From assembly GCA_046539845.1 (NCBI GenBank), contig JBKHGE010000001.1:62001-126000 (forward strand): a DNA stretch of 64,000 nucleotides. The letters are read 5' to 3'. The notes under the pieces were generated by a model. It was not told where the DNA came from and searched no databases. It worked only from the letters and a program-made list of their open reading frames with translations. This document shows positions 18,712 through 30,145 of the stretch, in pieces. Made by a program: the position numbers and the translations under genes. Position 1 is the first letter of the stretch. Every line of letters starts with the position of its first letter. The stretch is from Desulfonatronovibrionaceae bacterium (lineage in GTDB: Bacteria > Desulfobacterota > Desulfovibrionia > Desulfovibrionales > Desulfonatronovibrionaceae).

Positions 18712-21700
18712 TGCTCATCGGCTCCGGACCGATAATAATCGGTCAGGCCTGCGAGTTCGACTACTCCGGAACCCAGGCCTTAAAAGCCCTCAAGGAGGAA
18801 GGTTACGAAGTTGTACTCATAAACTCCAACCCGGCGACGATAATGACCGATCCCGAGCTTGCGGACAGCACTTATGTAGAGCCCCTGGAACCGGAAACCG
18901 TGGCTAAGATCATCCGCAAGGAAAGACCGGATGCGCTCTTGCCCACATTAGGCGGGCAGACCGGACTGAACACAGCGGTTGAGGTCGCAGAACAGGGTGT
19001 GCTCGAGGAATGCGGCGTAGAGCTTATCGGGGCTTCGATCCCGGTGATCAAGAAGGCGGAAAGTAGGGAACAATTCCGGCAGGCAATGGATAATATCGGG
19101 CTGAAGGTACCCAAAAGCGGGATTGCCCGATCCCTGGAAGAAGCCCGGGCCCTGACCGGAGAGATGCCTTTTCCGATAATAATAAGGCCGGCCTATACCC
19201 TAGGCGGGACTGGGGGAGGCGTGGCCTACAACCTTGAGGATCTGGAACGGATCTCCTCCACCGGTCTGGCTGCAAGTATGACTCACGAGATTATGCTTGA
19301 GGAGTCGGTCCTGGGCTGGAAGGAATTCGAGCTGGAAGTCATGCGCGATCACAGCGACAATTGCGTTATAATCTGCTCTATTGAAAATTTCGACCCCATG
19401 GGTGTTCACACCGGGGATTCGATCACCGTGGCCCCGACTCAGACCTTAAGCGACCAAGAATACCAAAAGATGCGCAACGCTGCCATAGACATCATGCGCG
19501 AGATCGGGGTGGAAACCGGTGGCTCGAATGTGCAATTCGCTGTCAATCCGAAAAACGGCGAGATGGTGGTCATTGAGATGAACCCCCGGGTCTCCAGGTC
19601 CTCCGCCCTGGCCTCCAAGGCCACAGGTTTCCCTATCGCCAAAATCGCCGCTAAACTGGCAGTGGGTTACAGCCTGGACGAGATCCCCAACGATATAACC
19701 CGGGAGACCATGGCCTCGTTTGAGCCGACCATTGACTATTGTGTGATAAAAATCCCCAGGTTTACCTTTGAAAAATTCAACAAGACCAAAGACGAGTTGA
19801 CCACCACCATGAAAAGTGTGGGCGAGACCATGGCCATCGGCCGCAATTTCAAGGAGGCGCTGCAAAAGGGACTGCGGTCACTGGAAATCAATCAACCCGG
19901 TCTGGGGAAAGATTTCGAGGACAAAGAGTTCCAAAAAGAGGAGATATTGAGCAGACTGCGCACGCCGAATTCAAACCGGCTATTCTACATCCGGCACGGT
20001 CTGAAGAACGGGATCAAGGGTCGGGAAATTTGCGAAGCCACCGGAATAGACCCGTGGTTTGTGGACCAGATCCGGGAGATCGTGGGCCTGGAGAGCGAAC
20101 TAAAGGAATTCAGTCTGAAGGAAAACATCACTCCGGGAAACGAAAAACTGCCTCAGCTTATACGCCGGGCCAAGGAGTTCGGGTTTTCCGACAAGCAGCT
20201 GGCCACCGTGTGGAAAAAGGAGGAGACCGATATCCGCAGGCTTCGGAGCACACTTAAAATCCTGCCCACCTATTACCTGGTGGATACCTGCGCAGCTGAA
20301 TTCGAGGCCTATACACCCTACTACTATTCCACATACGAGAAAGGCCGGGAAATAAGCCCGGATCCGAGTAAAAAGATCATGATCCTCGGCGGCGGCCCGA
20401 ACCGCATCGGCCAGGGGATCGAATTCGATTATTGTTGTGTTCACGCCTCCTACGCCCTGCGCGAACTGAATGTTCAGTCAATCATGGTCAACTCCAACCC
20501 GGAGACAGTGAGCACGGACTATGACACCTCGGACCGGCTGTACTTCGAGCCATTGACCCTTGAAGACGTAATGAACATCATTGGGCAGGAAGACCCGGAC
20601 GGAGTGATCATTCAATTCGGGGGGCAGACCCCGCTGAACCTAGCAGTTCCTCTGCTCCGGGCTGGAGTAAAAATTATCGGCACCTCCCCGGACAGCATTG
20701 ACCGCGCCGAGGACCGGGAAAGGTTCCAGAGCATGCTAAATAAGCTCGGTCTCAAACAACCAGAAAACGGCACAGCCATGTCTTATGAACAGGCGCACGA
20801 GATAGCGGCAAACATAGGCTATCCCGTGGTGGTCCGGCCATCCTATGTTTTGGGCGGACGGGCAATGGAAATCGTGTTCGATGAAAAGGATCTGACCAAC
20901 TACTTCCGGGAAGCCGCCTACGTGTCCCCGGACTATCCCATCCTGATCGACAAATTTTTAAAAAACGCGGTGGAGATCGATGTAGACGCCCTTAGCGACG
21001 GCACGGACACCTATGTGGCCGGGGTAATGGAGCACATAGAGGAGGCCGGGATCCACTCCGGGGACTCTGCCTGCGTTTTGCCTCCGCATACGGTCAGCCG
21101 GGACACAGTGCAAAGGATTGAAAAACAGACCCGGGCTTTGGCCCAGGAGCTAAATGTCGTTGGGCTTATGAATATCCAGTTCGCTGTCCGCGGCGAGGAG
21201 ATCTACATCCTGGAGGTTAACCCAAGGGCGTCACGCACAGTACCGTTTGTAAGTAAGGCCACCGGCGTGCCTCTGGCCAAACTGGCCACCAGGATCATGC
21301 TTGGAGCCAGGCTCAAGGATCTGGACCCGTGGAGCAAACGCAAGACAGGATATTTTTCGGTCAAGGAGGCGGTACTCCCGTTCAATCGCTTTCCAGGCGT
21401 TGATGTCCTGCTCGGCCCGGAGATGAAGTCAACCGGAGAGGTCATGGGGATTGACGAAAATGTGGGCTTGGCGTTTATGAAAAGTCAACTGGGAGCGGGG
21501 CTGCGCCTTCCGGAAAACGGCAACATCTTTATCTCAGTAAACGACCAGGACAAAGACAAATGTGTTCCCCTGGCCAGGACATTCATGGAACTGGGGTTTA
21601 GGCTCACAGCCACCCGGGGGACGGCCGCACACCTGGAACGCCACGGGGTAAACGCAGAAAGGGTGAACAAGGTCTACGAAGGCCGCCCCAATGTGATAGA

Positions 21701-21914
21701 CATGATCAAAAACAACCAAATCCAGATGGTCATCAACACCTCCTCGGGTAAAAAAGAGGTCCGGGACTCGTCATCGCTCCGTCAGGCCGCGGTTTTGTAT
21801 AACATACCTTACAGTACGACCATGGCTGGAGCGGACGCAGTGGCCATGGCCATAAGGGAAAAATCCAACTGCGGGCTTACAGTAAAGAGCCTGCAAGAAT
21901 ACTACAATCAATAA
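18681..21914 (+). CDS. carB: Carbamoyl-phosphate synthase large subunit
   Basis: [17 protein letters not shown], duplicated ATP-grasp domains, [20 protein letters not shown] domain. Confidence 0.98.
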   Translation: MPARKDIKKIMLIGSGPIIIGQACEFDYSGTQALKALKEEGYEVVLINSNPATIMTDPELADSTYVEPLEPETVAKIIRKERPDALLPTLGGQTGLNTAVEVAEQGVLEECGVELIGASIPVIKKAESREQFRQAMDNIGLKVPKSGIARSLEEARALTGEMPFPIIIRPAYTLGGTGGGVAYNLEDLERISSTGLAASMTHEIMLEESVLGWKEFELEVMRDHSDNCVIICSIENFDPMGVHTGDSITVAPTQTLSDQEYQKMRNAAIDIMREIGVETGGSNVQFAVNPKNGEMVVIEMNPRVSRSSALASKATGFPIAKIAAKLAVGYSLDEIPNDITRETMASFEPTIDYCVIKIPRFTFEKFNKTKDELTTTMKSVGETMAIGRNFKEALQKGLRSLEINQPGLGKDFEDKEFQKEEILSRLRTPNSNRLFYIRHGLKNGIKGREICEATGIDPWFVDQIREIVGLESELKEFSLKENITPGNEKLPQLIRRAKEFGFSDKQLATVWKKEETDIRRLRSTLKILPTYYLVDTCAAEFEAYTPYYYSTYEKGREISPDPSKKIMILGGGPNRIGQGIEFDYCCVHASYALRELNVQSIMVNSNPETVSTDYDTSDRLYFEPLTLEDVMNIIGQEDPDGVIIQFGGQTPLNLAVPLLRAGVKIIGTSPDSIDRAEDRERFQSMLNKLGLKQPENGTAMSYEQAHEIAANIGYPVVVRPSYVLGGRAMEIVFDEKDLTNYFREAAYVSPDYPILIDKFLKNAVEIDVDALSDGTDTYVAGVMEHIEEAGIHSGDSACVLPPHTVSRDTVQRIEKQTRALAQELNVVGLMNIQFAVRGEEIYILEVNPRASRTVPFVSKATGVPLAKLATRIMLGARLKDLDPWSKRKTGYFSVKEAVLPFNRFPGVDVLLGPEMKSTGEVMGIDENVGLAFMKSQLGAGLRLPENGNIFISVNDQDKDKCVPLARTFMELGFRLTATRGTAAHLERHGVNAERVNKVYEGRPNVIDMIKNNQIQMVINTSSGKKEVRDSSSLRQAAVLYNIPYSTTMAGADAVAMAIREKSNCGLTVKSLQEYYNQ

Positions 21915-21928
21915 ACGGACATACAGAC

Positions 21929-23326
21929 ATGAAAAAGGAATATTGCGGTTTATTCGGCATAGACAGGCACCCAGAGTCGGCGCGGATGACCTACTTTGGA
22001 TTGTACGCCCTGCAGCACCGGGGTCAGGAAAGCGCCGGGATCGTCACCTGGGACGGCGAAGCCCTGCGGGAACAGCGAGGTATGGGCCTGGTACCGGAGG
22101 TATTCTCTGAAGATCATCTGGGCCGGCAGCTGAAAGGGGACACCGCAATCGGACATTTACGTTATTCAACCACCGGGGCCTCGCTCATCCGCAACGCCCA
22201 GCCGTTTATGGTCCGATTCAAAGACAAACAGCTGGCCATCGGGCACAATGGGAACCTGGTCAATACATGGCAGCTGCGCCGGGAGCTGGAGGAAAAGGGC
22301 TCCATCTTCCAGACCACCATGGACAGCGAGGTGATCATGCACCTTTTAGCCGGGTCCATAAACGGCAGCAACACAGTCGAAGACGCCCTGTGCAAGGCCT
22401 TGAAGAAAATACAAGGCGCATACAGCCTGGTCATGCTCATAAACAACAAACTCATCGGGGTCAGAGATCCCAACGGCTTTCGGCCCCTGTCCCTGGGAAA
22501 GGTAAACGACGCCTACGTGATCGCCTCGGAATCCTGTGCCTTTGATCTCCTGGAGGCGGAGTACTTAAGGAGTATCCGCCCCGGGGAGATGGTGGTTATT
22601 GAAAACGGCAAACTCACCAGTCGGGAATTCGCCGCTAATGTAAAGACCTCCTCCTGTGTTTTCGAACTCATCTATTTCGCCCGGCCGGACTCAATCGTCT
22701 TTGACGAAACAGTGTACAATGCCCGGAAAAAAATGGGGACCATACTGGCCCGGGAAGCACCGGTAGACGCAGACATGGTCATGCCTTTTCCCGACTCCGG
22801 GGTGTACGCGGCAGTTGGCTACGCCCAGCAATCAAAAATACCCTTTGAGATGGCCATGATCCGCAACCACTATGTAGGGCGGACCTTTATTCAGCCCTCA
22901 CAGGACATGCGCGATTTCGGGGTACGCATAAAGCTTAACCCGGTGGCGGAGATGATCCGGAACAAAAGGATCATCATCATCGAAGACTCTATCGTTCGGG
23001 GGACCACCATCCGGACCAGGGTGAAAAAACTCCGGGAGATGGGTGCCCGGGAGATCCACATGCGAGTGAGCTGTCCGCCGATCACCCACCCCTGCTATTA
23101 TGGGATCGACTTTTCCTCCCGGGGAGAACTCATTGCCGCAAACCACGAAATAAACGATATAGCCCGGTTCATCGGACTGGATTCACTGCACTATTTAAGC
23201 ATTCCCGGACTTAAAAAGGCCCTGCATGACAGAGAGGATTTCTGCCTGGCCTGCTTTGACGGAAAATATCCCATAACCGCCGGGGAGCATTGCAACAAAA
23301 TGTGTCTGGAGACTCCTGGAAAATGA
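21929..23326 (+). CDS. purF: Amidophosphoribosyltransferase
   Basis: CGLFG, LQHRGQESAG, GHLRYSTTG, CVFELIYFARPDS, EDSIVRGTT. Confidence 0.97.
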   Translation: MKKEYCGLFGIDRHPESARMTYFGLYALQHRGQESAGIVTWDGEALREQRGMGLVPEVFSEDHLGRQLKGDTAIGHLRYSTTGASLIRNAQPFMVRFKDKQLAIGHNGNLVNTWQLRRELEEKGSIFQTTMDSEVIMHLLAGSINGSNTVEDALCKALKKIQGAYSLVMLINNKLIGVRDPNGFRPLSLGKVNDAYVIASESCAFDLLEAEYLRSIRPGEMVVIENGKLTSREFAANVKTSSCVFELIYFARPDSIVFDETVYNARKKMGTILAREAPVDADMVMPFPDSGVYAAVGYAQQSKIPFEMAMIRNHYVGRTFIQPSQDMRDFGVRIKLNPVAEMIRNKRIIIIEDSIVRGTTIRTRVKKLREMGAREIHMRVSCPPITHPCYYGIDFSSRGELIAANHEINDIARFIGLDSLHYLSIPGLKKALHDREDFCLACFDGKYPITAGEHCNKMCLETPGK

Positions 23327-24309
23327 ACGAAGAATACGCTAAATGGCTAGATATTGGCCGGCGCGTACTGGAGACCGAAATACAGGGCCTAAAGCAGGTC
23401 AGACAGGACCTGGATGAGGGATTTGTCCGCGCCCTGGAGATCCTGGCCGGCTGTACCGGTCGGATAGTCATCAGCGGCGTGGGCAAGTCAGGACTGGTAG
23501 GCCGCAAGACCGCGGCCACCTTGAGCAGCACCGGCACCCCGTCCTTTTTCCTGCATCCGGTGGAGGGTGCACACGGCGATTTGGGGATGATCAGGGAGGA
23601 GGACGTGATCATCGCCATATCCAACAGTGGTGAGACCGACGAGCTGAACGCTATAATGCCGGCCATAAAGAGCCTGGGGACCAGGGTAGTGGTTTTGACC
23701 TCTAATCCGGATTCCAGTCTGGGTCGGATGGCGGACGCAGCGATCCGGGTCCGCGTCCCGCGCGAGGCCTGTCCCCTGGGTCTGGCCCCGACCGCCAGTA
23801 CAACCGCCGCCCTGGCGGTCGGTGATGCCCTGGCGGTCGGTCTGATAGAGATCAAATCCTTTAGCAAGAAAGACTTTCAAAAGAACCACCCGGGAGGTAC
23901 TCTGGGCCAGAGGCTGGCCATGCGCGTATCCGACCTCATGCACCGGGAAAGCCTGCCTGTGGCTGAACAGGGAGCCAGTCTGAAAGAGGCCCTGGATATC
24001 CTGAACTATCACGGCCTGGGCACCGTGCTTTTGACCTCAGAGGGGCGGCTGAAAGGGATTCTTACCGACGGGGACGTTAGGCGGATCGTATGCTCAGGCA
24101 ATCTGGAACCGGACAGGCCGGTCCGGGAGTACATGACTGCAGATCCCAGAAAGGTGACCCCGGAGACCAGCGCGGCCCGGGCAATGGATCTTATGGAGGA
24201 AAAGGCAATCACGGTCATTCCGGTGGTGGACGGCAGCGAAATTTTGTGCGGTCTGGTGCACATGCACGACCTTTTGGGCAAAGGCCGGCTGAAATTCTCC
24301 AGGATCTGA
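23323..24309 (+). CDS. kdsD: Arabinose-5-phosphate isomerase (KdsD/KpsF, SIS plus CBS domains)
   Basis: GVGKSG, HPVEGAHGDLG, SNSGET, LAPTASTT, HPGGTLG, CBS pair. ATG overlaps the purF stop. Confidence 0.93.
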   Translation: MNEEYAKWLDIGRRVLETEIQGLKQVRQDLDEGFVRALEILAGCTGRIVISGVGKSGLVGRKTAATLSSTGTPSFFLHPVEGAHGDLGMIREEDVIIAISNSGETDELNAIMPAIKSLGTRVVVLTSNPDSSLGRMADAAIRVRVPREACPLGLAPTASTTAALAVGDALAVGLIEIKSFSKKDFQKNHPGGTLGQRLAMRVSDLMHRESLPVAEQGASLKEALDILNYHGLGTVLLTSEGRLKGILTDGDVRRIVCSGNLEPDRPVREYMTADPRKVTPETSAARAMDLMEEKAITVIPVVDGSEILCGLVHMHDLLGKGRLKFSRI

Positions 24310-24325
24310 ATACAAACGGTCTGCC

Positions 24326-24850
24326 ATGCCCCAGGGAACAAAAAAAGAGCATATCTGCAAACGCTGCAGTAGGGTCTACAAGACATGCTGCCGGACCGAG
24401 CCGGAAAATACTGCCAACTGTTTTCCGCTCTCCATTTCCGAATTACGGGCCTTGAACCGGTGCCTCCCAGGAATCCGGGCCAGCCAGGAAGAGACCAACA
24501 CCCCGGAATTCATAGGCAGCCTGCAAAGACTCCTCCCGAATCAAAGAGAGATTGTCGGACAAAAATTCCCGGAGCAGGGGACACATCTGCGGCTGAATAC
24601 CGACTACAACGGGGCTTGTGTTTTTCTGGACCCAAACGGATGTCTTCTGCCCAGAGAGTACAGACCCCTTTACTGCCGCTTGTATCCGTTCTGGGTGTAC
24701 AAAGGAAAAGTCACTTTGTTTGATAATCCAAACTGCCTGGCTCTGCAGGAAACTCGCAGTGTAAACGGCTTGGTCAAACTCTTTAATACCAGCACGAACC
24801 GCATTCTTGAACTGCATGAACTCATGCTCAAAAACCTAGCTCTCAAATAG
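24326..24850 (+). CDS. YkgJ-family cysteine-cluster protein
   Basis: CKRC...CC, CVFL...GC, RPLYCRLYPF motifs. Confidence 0.8.
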   Translation: MPQGTKKEHICKRCSRVYKTCCRTEPENTANCFPLSISELRALNRCLPGIRASQEETNTPEFIGSLQRLLPNQREIVGQKFPEQGTHLRLNTDYNGACVFLDPNGCLLPREYRPLYCRLYPFWVYKGKVTLFDNPNCLALQETRSVNGLVKLFNTSTNRILELHELMLKNLALK

Positions 24851-24859
24851 GGCCTTGTC

Positions 24860-27193
24860 ATGAAATATCTAAAATTAGCCCTGATAACCTTGCTGACTGT
24901 CTTTGTCCTCGTTGCCGGAGCCGGAGCGGGGCTGTACCTGTGGGCCTCAAAGGATCTCCCCGGCTTTAAGAAAATATCCGACTACAACCCCCCGCTGGTC
25001 ACCCGGGTGCTGGCCAAGGATGGTCGAGTGCTCGGGTACTTCTACAAGGAAAAAAGATTCCTGGCCACACTGGACCAGATGTCCCCGTGGACAAGCAAGG
25101 CCTTTCTCGCGGCCGAAGATTACAAATTCTACGAGCACGAGGGAATCGATTTGATCGGCATTGCCCGGGCGGCCATGAAAAACGCCCTGGCCGGGGAGAT
25201 CGTGCAGGGCGGGAGTACCATCACCCAGCAGGTAATAAAATCTCTGCTTCTGTCCCCGGAGAGGAGTTACACCAGAAAACTGAAAGAAGCCATCCTGGCC
25301 TACCGTCTGGAAAAACACCTGGACAAGGACGAGATCCTGACCATTTATCTGAATCAGATCTATCTCGGTTCCGGGGCCTACGGTGTGGAGGCGGCGGCCC
25401 GTGAATATTTCGGCAAACACGCCTCAGAACTCTCCCTGGCAGAGGCGGCCTTGATCGGCGGCCTGCCCAAGGCTCCCTCCAGGTACAACCCGTACAAAAA
25501 CCCGAAGGGAGCCAAAAAGAGAAGGGAATATGTCCTAAAAAGGCTACTGGAGACAGAGCAGATTACTGAAGAAGAATTCGAGGAAGCCAACGCCACACCA
25601 ATAGAGCTGAAAAAAATGGCCGACCCCTCCTGGCAGCAGGGGGCATATTATCTGGAGGAAGTCAGGCGCCGGCTGCTTGAAAAATATGGGGAAGAAAAAG
25701 TCTATACCTCGGGAATGACTGTGCACACCGCAGCGGACATGGAACATCTGGTGGCTGCAAAAAACGCGGTCCGCGCCGGGCTGCGCGCCTCGACCAAGAG
25801 ACGCGGCTGGCAGGGGCCGATCAAAAACCTGCCGCAAGAAAAGTGGCAGGGCTATCTGGAAGGTTACCCCATCCACCCGGACATCCTGGTTGCGGATGAA
25901 TGGCTCCAGGTCCTGGTGGTCGGGGTCCAAAAGGACGTCGCCCAAGTCAGGTTCGGGACCTTCAAGGGAGAGATCAGCGTCGAGTCTATGGGCTGGGCCC
26001 GACAGCCGGATCCGGAAAAGGCCCCAGAAGATGCATCTAAAATAAAGGACGCCCGCAAAGTCCTGCAGAAAGGGGATGTGGTCTGGGCCTCTATTGCCGA
26101 GAGACCGGATACAGGAGAGACCTGGACTCTGGCCCTGGAGCAAAAACCGCGGGTTCAGGGAGCGCTTTTGTCCATTGACCCCAAGACCGGGTACGTGCCG
26201 GCAATAGTCGGGGGCTATAACTTTTTTGACAGCCAGTTCAACCGGGCCACTCAGGCCAAGAGGCAGCCGGGATCAGCATTCAAGCCGATTGTCTATTCCG
26301 CTGCCCTGGACAATGGATTTTCCCCGGCCTCGATAGTCCTGGATGCGCCGATTGTCTATTCCAGCGAGGAGGAAAGCTGGAAGCCGGAGAACTTCGAAGG
26401 CATGTTCTACGGCCCAACCCTGCTCCGGACCGCCCTGGTCAAATCCAGGAACCTGGTGACCATCAGGCTGGCCCAGAGGATGGGCACAAAAAAGATCATC
26501 AACCGAGCCAAGGACCTGGGGTTAAAAGAAAAGTTCCCCAGGGACCTTTCGGTCAGCCTGGGCTCGGTTCCAGTGACCCTGTTAGAGCTCTGCCGGGCCT
26601 ATACCGCATTCGCCCGGGACGGTGACTACGTGCGCCCCCGGCTGATCAAAAAGATCGAAAATGCCTGGGGAGAGACAGTCTTTGAAGCGGAAAAGAAAAC
26701 CAAGGAGGCCATAAGCCCTCAGACCTCATACATTATCACCAATCTGCTGCAGCAGGTGGTCCAGAGCGGAACCGGATGGCGGGCCAGGGAACTGGGCAGG
26801 CCGGTGGCCGGAAAGACCGGGACCACGAACCAGGAGCAGGATGCCTGGTATATGGGCTATTCCCCACAGCTTTTGACCGGGGTGTATGTAGGTTTTGATC
26901 AGCTCACCCCCATGGGAAAATATGAAACCGGCTCCAGGGCGGCTTGTCCCATCTGGCTCAAATACAGGCAGAGTGTGGAGGACAACTATCCGGTCCAGGA
27001 TTTCAAAAGGCCGTCAGGGATAGTTATGGCCCGGGTGGATGCCTCCACCGGCCTGCTGGCCGGTAAAGACAGCAAAAAGTCTTTCCTGCTTCCGTTCAAA
27101 GAGGGCACCCAGCCAACCGTGCGGGCTTCCTCTGAAAAGGGGGAACTGGACGAGGAGCAGGCCGAGGAAAATCTCTTGAAACAAAAGTTCTGA
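24860..27193 (+). CDS. mrcA: Class A penicillin-binding protein 1A
   Basis: AEDYKFYEH.GID, QGGSTITQQ, RKLKE, RQPGSAFKP (SxxK), KSRN, GKTGT. Confidence 0.93.
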   Translation: MKYLKLALITLLTVFVLVAGAGAGLYLWASKDLPGFKKISDYNPPLVTRVLAKDGRVLGYFYKEKRFLATLDQMSPWTSKAFLAAEDYKFYEHEGIDLIGIARAAMKNALAGEIVQGGSTITQQVIKSLLLSPERSYTRKLKEAILAYRLEKHLDKDEILTIYLNQIYLGSGAYGVEAAAREYFGKHASELSLAEAALIGGLPKAPSRYNPYKNPKGAKKRREYVLKRLLETEQITEEEFEEANATPIELKKMADPSWQQGAYYLEEVRRRLLEKYGEEKVYTSGMTVHTAADMEHLVAAKNAVRAGLRASTKRRGWQGPIKNLPQEKWQGYLEGYPIHPDILVADEWLQVLVVGVQKDVAQVRFGTFKGEISVESMGWARQPDPEKAPEDASKIKDARKVLQKGDVVWASIAERPDTGETWTLALEQKPRVQGALLSIDPKTGYVPAIVGGYNFFDSQFNRATQAKRQPGSAFKPIVYSAALDNGFSPASIVLDAPIVYSSEEESWKPENFEGMFYGPTLLRTALVKSRNLVTIRLAQRMGTKKIINRAKDLGLKEKFPRDLSVSLGSVPVTLLELCRAYTAFARDGDYVRPRLIKKIENAWGETVFEAEKKTKEAISPQTSYIITNLLQQVVQSGTGWRARELGRPVAGKTGTTNQEQDAWYMGYSPQLLTGVYVGFDQLTPMGKYETGSRAACPIWLKYRQSVEDNYPVQDFKRPSGIVMARVDASTGLLAGKDSKKSFLLPFKEGTQPTVRASSEKGELDEEQAEENLLKQKF

Positions 27194-27199
27194 TTTCCC

Positions 27200-28177
27200 A
27201 TGCCCCGGATAGACAAAAGAATCACCCGGCCGGCCGTGCGGCTGGTCAAAGATTCCGCTCAGGCCAGCCTGGAACTGTTCAAGGTAATGGTCCCGATAAT
27301 AGTGGTGGTCCGCATCCTGCAGGATTTGGGGCTTATCTCTTATTTGGCCGTTCCCCTGGAGCCGGTTATGCGCTTGATGGGCCTGCCCGGGAGCATGGGA
27401 TTGGTCTGGGCCACCGGTCTGATTAACAATATCTATGCCGCGATGATCGTCTTTGTCTCCCTGCCGGAAAGCGGACAAATGACCACCGCCCAGGTAACGG
27501 TTTTGTCCACCCTTATGCTGATCGCCCACGCCCTGCCCGTGGAACTGAAAATCGCCCAGAAATCCGGCCCGAGACTGCTGTTTCAGGGACTAACCCGGAT
27601 GGGAAGCGCTCTGGTTGTCTGCATGGCCCTGAACTTAATATATACAAAGGCTAATATTCTCCAGGAGCCATGTTCCATAATCTGGGATCCGGATCCGATC
27701 CCCGCTGGCTATGTGAGCTGGGCGTTGACTCAATTAAAGAATCTGGCGGCCATTTTCGGGATAATCACCCTGCTTCTGGTGGTTATGCGTACGCTGGATA
27801 AATTGAAGATTACCCGCATCTTTATCCACATCCTGGGGCCTGTGCTTCGGCAGATGGGCATCGGTGAAAAAGCGGCCCCGTTGTCCATAATCGGGATGAC
27901 CATGGGCCTGTCCTACGGGGGTGGGCTTATCCTGCAGGAAATAAAAAAAGGGGACATCCCAGCCAGAGAGGTGTTTTTCTCCATAACCCTTATGGGACTG
28001 TGTCACAGCATGATTGAGGACACCCTCCTCATGCTTCTTCTCGGGGCTCACCTCTCGGGGATTTTATGGGCGCGCCTGTTTTACGCCCTGCTATTTACCG
28101 CCGCTTTGGTTCGGATACACTCCGCCGTTTCGCAGCAATTCTCCAGACGTTTTTTGTATGCGGCCCGGACGGATTAA
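27200..28177 (+). CDS. Nucleoside-recognition (Gate) domain membrane protein
   Basis: Multi-TM protein with LEPVMRLMGLPG, AHALPVE, GLSYGGG and CHSMIEDT repeat halves. Confidence 0.7.
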   Translation: MPRIDKRITRPAVRLVKDSAQASLELFKVMVPIIVVVRILQDLGLISYLAVPLEPVMRLMGLPGSMGLVWATGLINNIYAAMIVFVSLPESGQMTTAQVTVLSTLMLIAHALPVELKIAQKSGPRLLFQGLTRMGSALVVCMALNLIYTKANILQEPCSIIWDPDPIPAGYVSWALTQLKNLAAIFGIITLLLVVMRTLDKLKITRIFIHILGPVLRQMGIGEKAAPLSIIGMTMGLSYGGGLILQEIKKGDIPAREVFFSITLMGLCHSMIEDTLLMLLLGAHLSGILWARLFYALLFTAALVRIHSAVSQQFSRRFLYAARTD

Positions 28178-28216
28178 ACACAACACCAACCGCAAAACAA
28201 CAAAACGAGGTTGACT

Positions 28217-28426
28217 ATGGGACTGAGCAAAGAGCTGCTGAATATCTTGGCCTGCCCGCAATGCAAAGGGGAGCTGACTCTGCTTGAGGATGAACAGGGG
28301 TTACACTGCCCCAATTGCAGGCTGATCTATCCGGTGCAGGAAGAAATCCCCATCATGCTGGTGGAAGAAGCGGTCCCGGAGGGAAAATGGCCGGAAAGAA
28401 AAGGCCCGCAGGAAAAAGATGACTAA
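28217..28426 (+). CDS. Trm112/YcaR-family protein
   Basis: LLNILACPQCKG...CPNC..YPV.EEIPIMLVEEA. Confidence 0.9.
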   Translation: MGLSKELLNILACPQCKGELTLLEDEQGLHCPNCRLIYPVQEEIPIMLVEEAVPEGKWPERKGPQEKDD

Positions 28427-29267
28427 AAAATGCCGTCCCCTGCCCGAGGAAATGGCCCTGCCGCTCGGAGGGGCGGACAGCCATGCCCATCTGGATCTGG
28501 AAAACTCCGGAGAACTGGAGGAAAACCTGAAACTGGCCTATAATTGCGGAATTAGCCATATAGGGCAAGTTTTTCTAGGGCCTGAGGCCTATGCCCAAAA
28601 CAATTCAATGTTTGATGACCGGGAAGGCGTTTTTTTTATTCTGGGCATCCATCCGCACGACGCCGGAAAGGTCCGGCCCGGCGATATCTCCCGCATAGGC
28701 GATTATATCCGCGAGGACAAAAAAATCCGCGCCCTGGGCGAGATAGGCCTGGATTACCACTACCTGTTCAGCCCGGAACAGACCCAACAGGATGTCTTCT
28801 CCCGGCAACTGGAGCTGGCAGCACAACTGGACGTCCCCGTGGTCATCCATTCCCGCAAAGCGGAAAAGGACACTTTGAGGATTCTGGAGCAAGCGGGATT
28901 TAAAGACCGAAAGCTGCTTTGGCACTGCTTCGGACAGGGACCGGATATGGCCCGGGAGATCCTTGAACGCGGCTGGATGGTATCCGTCCCTGGACCGGTG
29001 ACCTACCGTAAAAACCACCCCCTGCAGGAGGCTGTGGCCAAAACACTCCCCCTGGAAAGGATACTGCTGGAAACCGACTGCCCTTTTTTGAGCCCGGAGC
29101 CGTACCGGGGCAAAAAAAACCATCCAAACCTTTTGGTCTTTACTGCCCGGAAGACAGCCGAATTAAAGGGAATGGAGCCGGAGACGGTGTGGGAAAAAAC
29201 AGGGCGGAACTGCCGCGAGTTTTTCCGGCTACAGGATATACCCCCGTCTAGCGGGTCATACTTTTGA
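28419..29267 (+). CDS. tatD: TatD-family DNase
   Basis: DSHAH, GIHPH, GEIGLDY, IHSR, HCF, LETDCPFLSP. Confidence 0.92.
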   Translation: MTKKCRPLPEEMALPLGGADSHAHLDLENSGELEENLKLAYNCGISHIGQVFLGPEAYAQNNSMFDDREGVFFILGIHPHDAGKVRPGDISRIGDYIREDKKIRALGEIGLDYHYLFSPEQTQQDVFSRQLELAAQLDVPVVIHSRKAEKDTLRILEQAGFKDRKLLWHCFGQGPDMAREILERGWMVSVPGPVTYRKNHPLQEAVAKTLPLERILLETDCPFLSPEPYRGKKNHPNLLVFTARKTAELKGMEPETVWEKTGRNCREFFRLQDIPPSSGSYF

Positions 29268-29317
29268 CCGGGCGCAAAGGGACATGGGGATAAGTCGCTG
29301 GCGATCCCCTCCAGGCA

Positions 29318-29734
29318 CTATTCTTTTTCCAAAAAAGTAATGGACTTGACCTCCCCGCAGGTAAGCCGCAGATTACCCCATTTGCTGCGGCCGAATAAAA
29401 CAGTCCGGGGGTCAAGACTAAATCTCTTTTTCCCCCCGTCCTCAAAGTGGACCACTGCCAGCGCGGTATCTCCCTGCATATACAGGTCCACTGTTTTTAT
29501 GGTGGCAAAATCAACGCCTACCTCCGCCTGGCCGAGGCTGGCCGGTAGATAGGTGACCCCGTCCACTGACAGGGATTGCACCTCATAAGAGGTATCGGAC
29601 TGATCCACGATTCTGGCGGAAAATTTCCGGTCCGGATCAGGTATGGTGGAGACTATTTCTTGGACATCTCCCCCCATGCCCAGACAGAAAAAGGCCAAGA
29701 AAATCAAAAACACGGATTTTAGGCCTGTATGCAT
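29318..29734 (-). CDS. Hypothetical exported or membrane-anchored protein
   Basis: Hydrophobic N-terminus (FLIFLAFFCLGMGG) and a beta-rich mature part. Start at 29734 or 29746. Confidence 0.7.
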   Translation of the reverse strand: MHTGLKSVFLIFLAFFCLGMGGDVQEIVSTIPDPDRKFSARIVDQSDTSYEVQSLSVDGVTYLPASLGQAEVGVDFATIKTVDLYMQGDTALAVVHFEDGGKKRFSLDPRTVLFGRSKWGNLRLTCGEVKSITFLEKE

Positions 29735-29767
29735 CGCCCTCTCCATTAGGCTTCCCGGTTTGCTCCC

Positions 29768-30076
29768 TTACAGCCCCACGTATTCAACCCTGAAATCAAC
29801 TGTGCAGCCAGCCTGATCCAGAAAATCCAAAAGCTCTTTTCCAAAGCTTGGGGTATATCTGATCTGCAGGACCGCAGTATGCTTGTCTAGAATAGACAGA
29901 TAGGCCAAATTGTCCCAAGATTCAAGCAGGAACTTAAACACCGCGATATCCCTGCGGGCAAGCCGGACATACATACGGCGGGAAAATACGTCCACACCCC
30001 TTTGCACATATGGTACGGTCCTGGATGGCTTTTTATTCGCTTTCAAAGCAATACACCTTGTCCTGAGGTAAATCAT
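29768..30076 (-). CDS. DUF4911-like small protein
   Basis: MYVRLARRDIAVFKFLLESWDNLAY pattern. The true start may be downstream (TTG 30046). Confidence 0.7.
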   Translation of the reverse strand: MIYLRTRCIALKANKKPSRTVPYVQRGVDVFSRRMYVRLARRDIAVFKFLLESWDNLAYLSILDKHTAVLQIRYTPSFGKELLDFLDQAGCTVDFRVEYVGL

Positions 30077-30145
30077 CTTTCACATTAAATATCATTTTAA
30101 GCCCTGTATTCCCGGACATATGTCCCCGGCCACAAGAGAAGCGGG

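Noticed and set aside
27822..27830. DnaA box TTATCCACA (another at 63233-63241)
   Set aside because: Isolated and inside coding sequence, with no cluster or unwinding element, so no oriC call.
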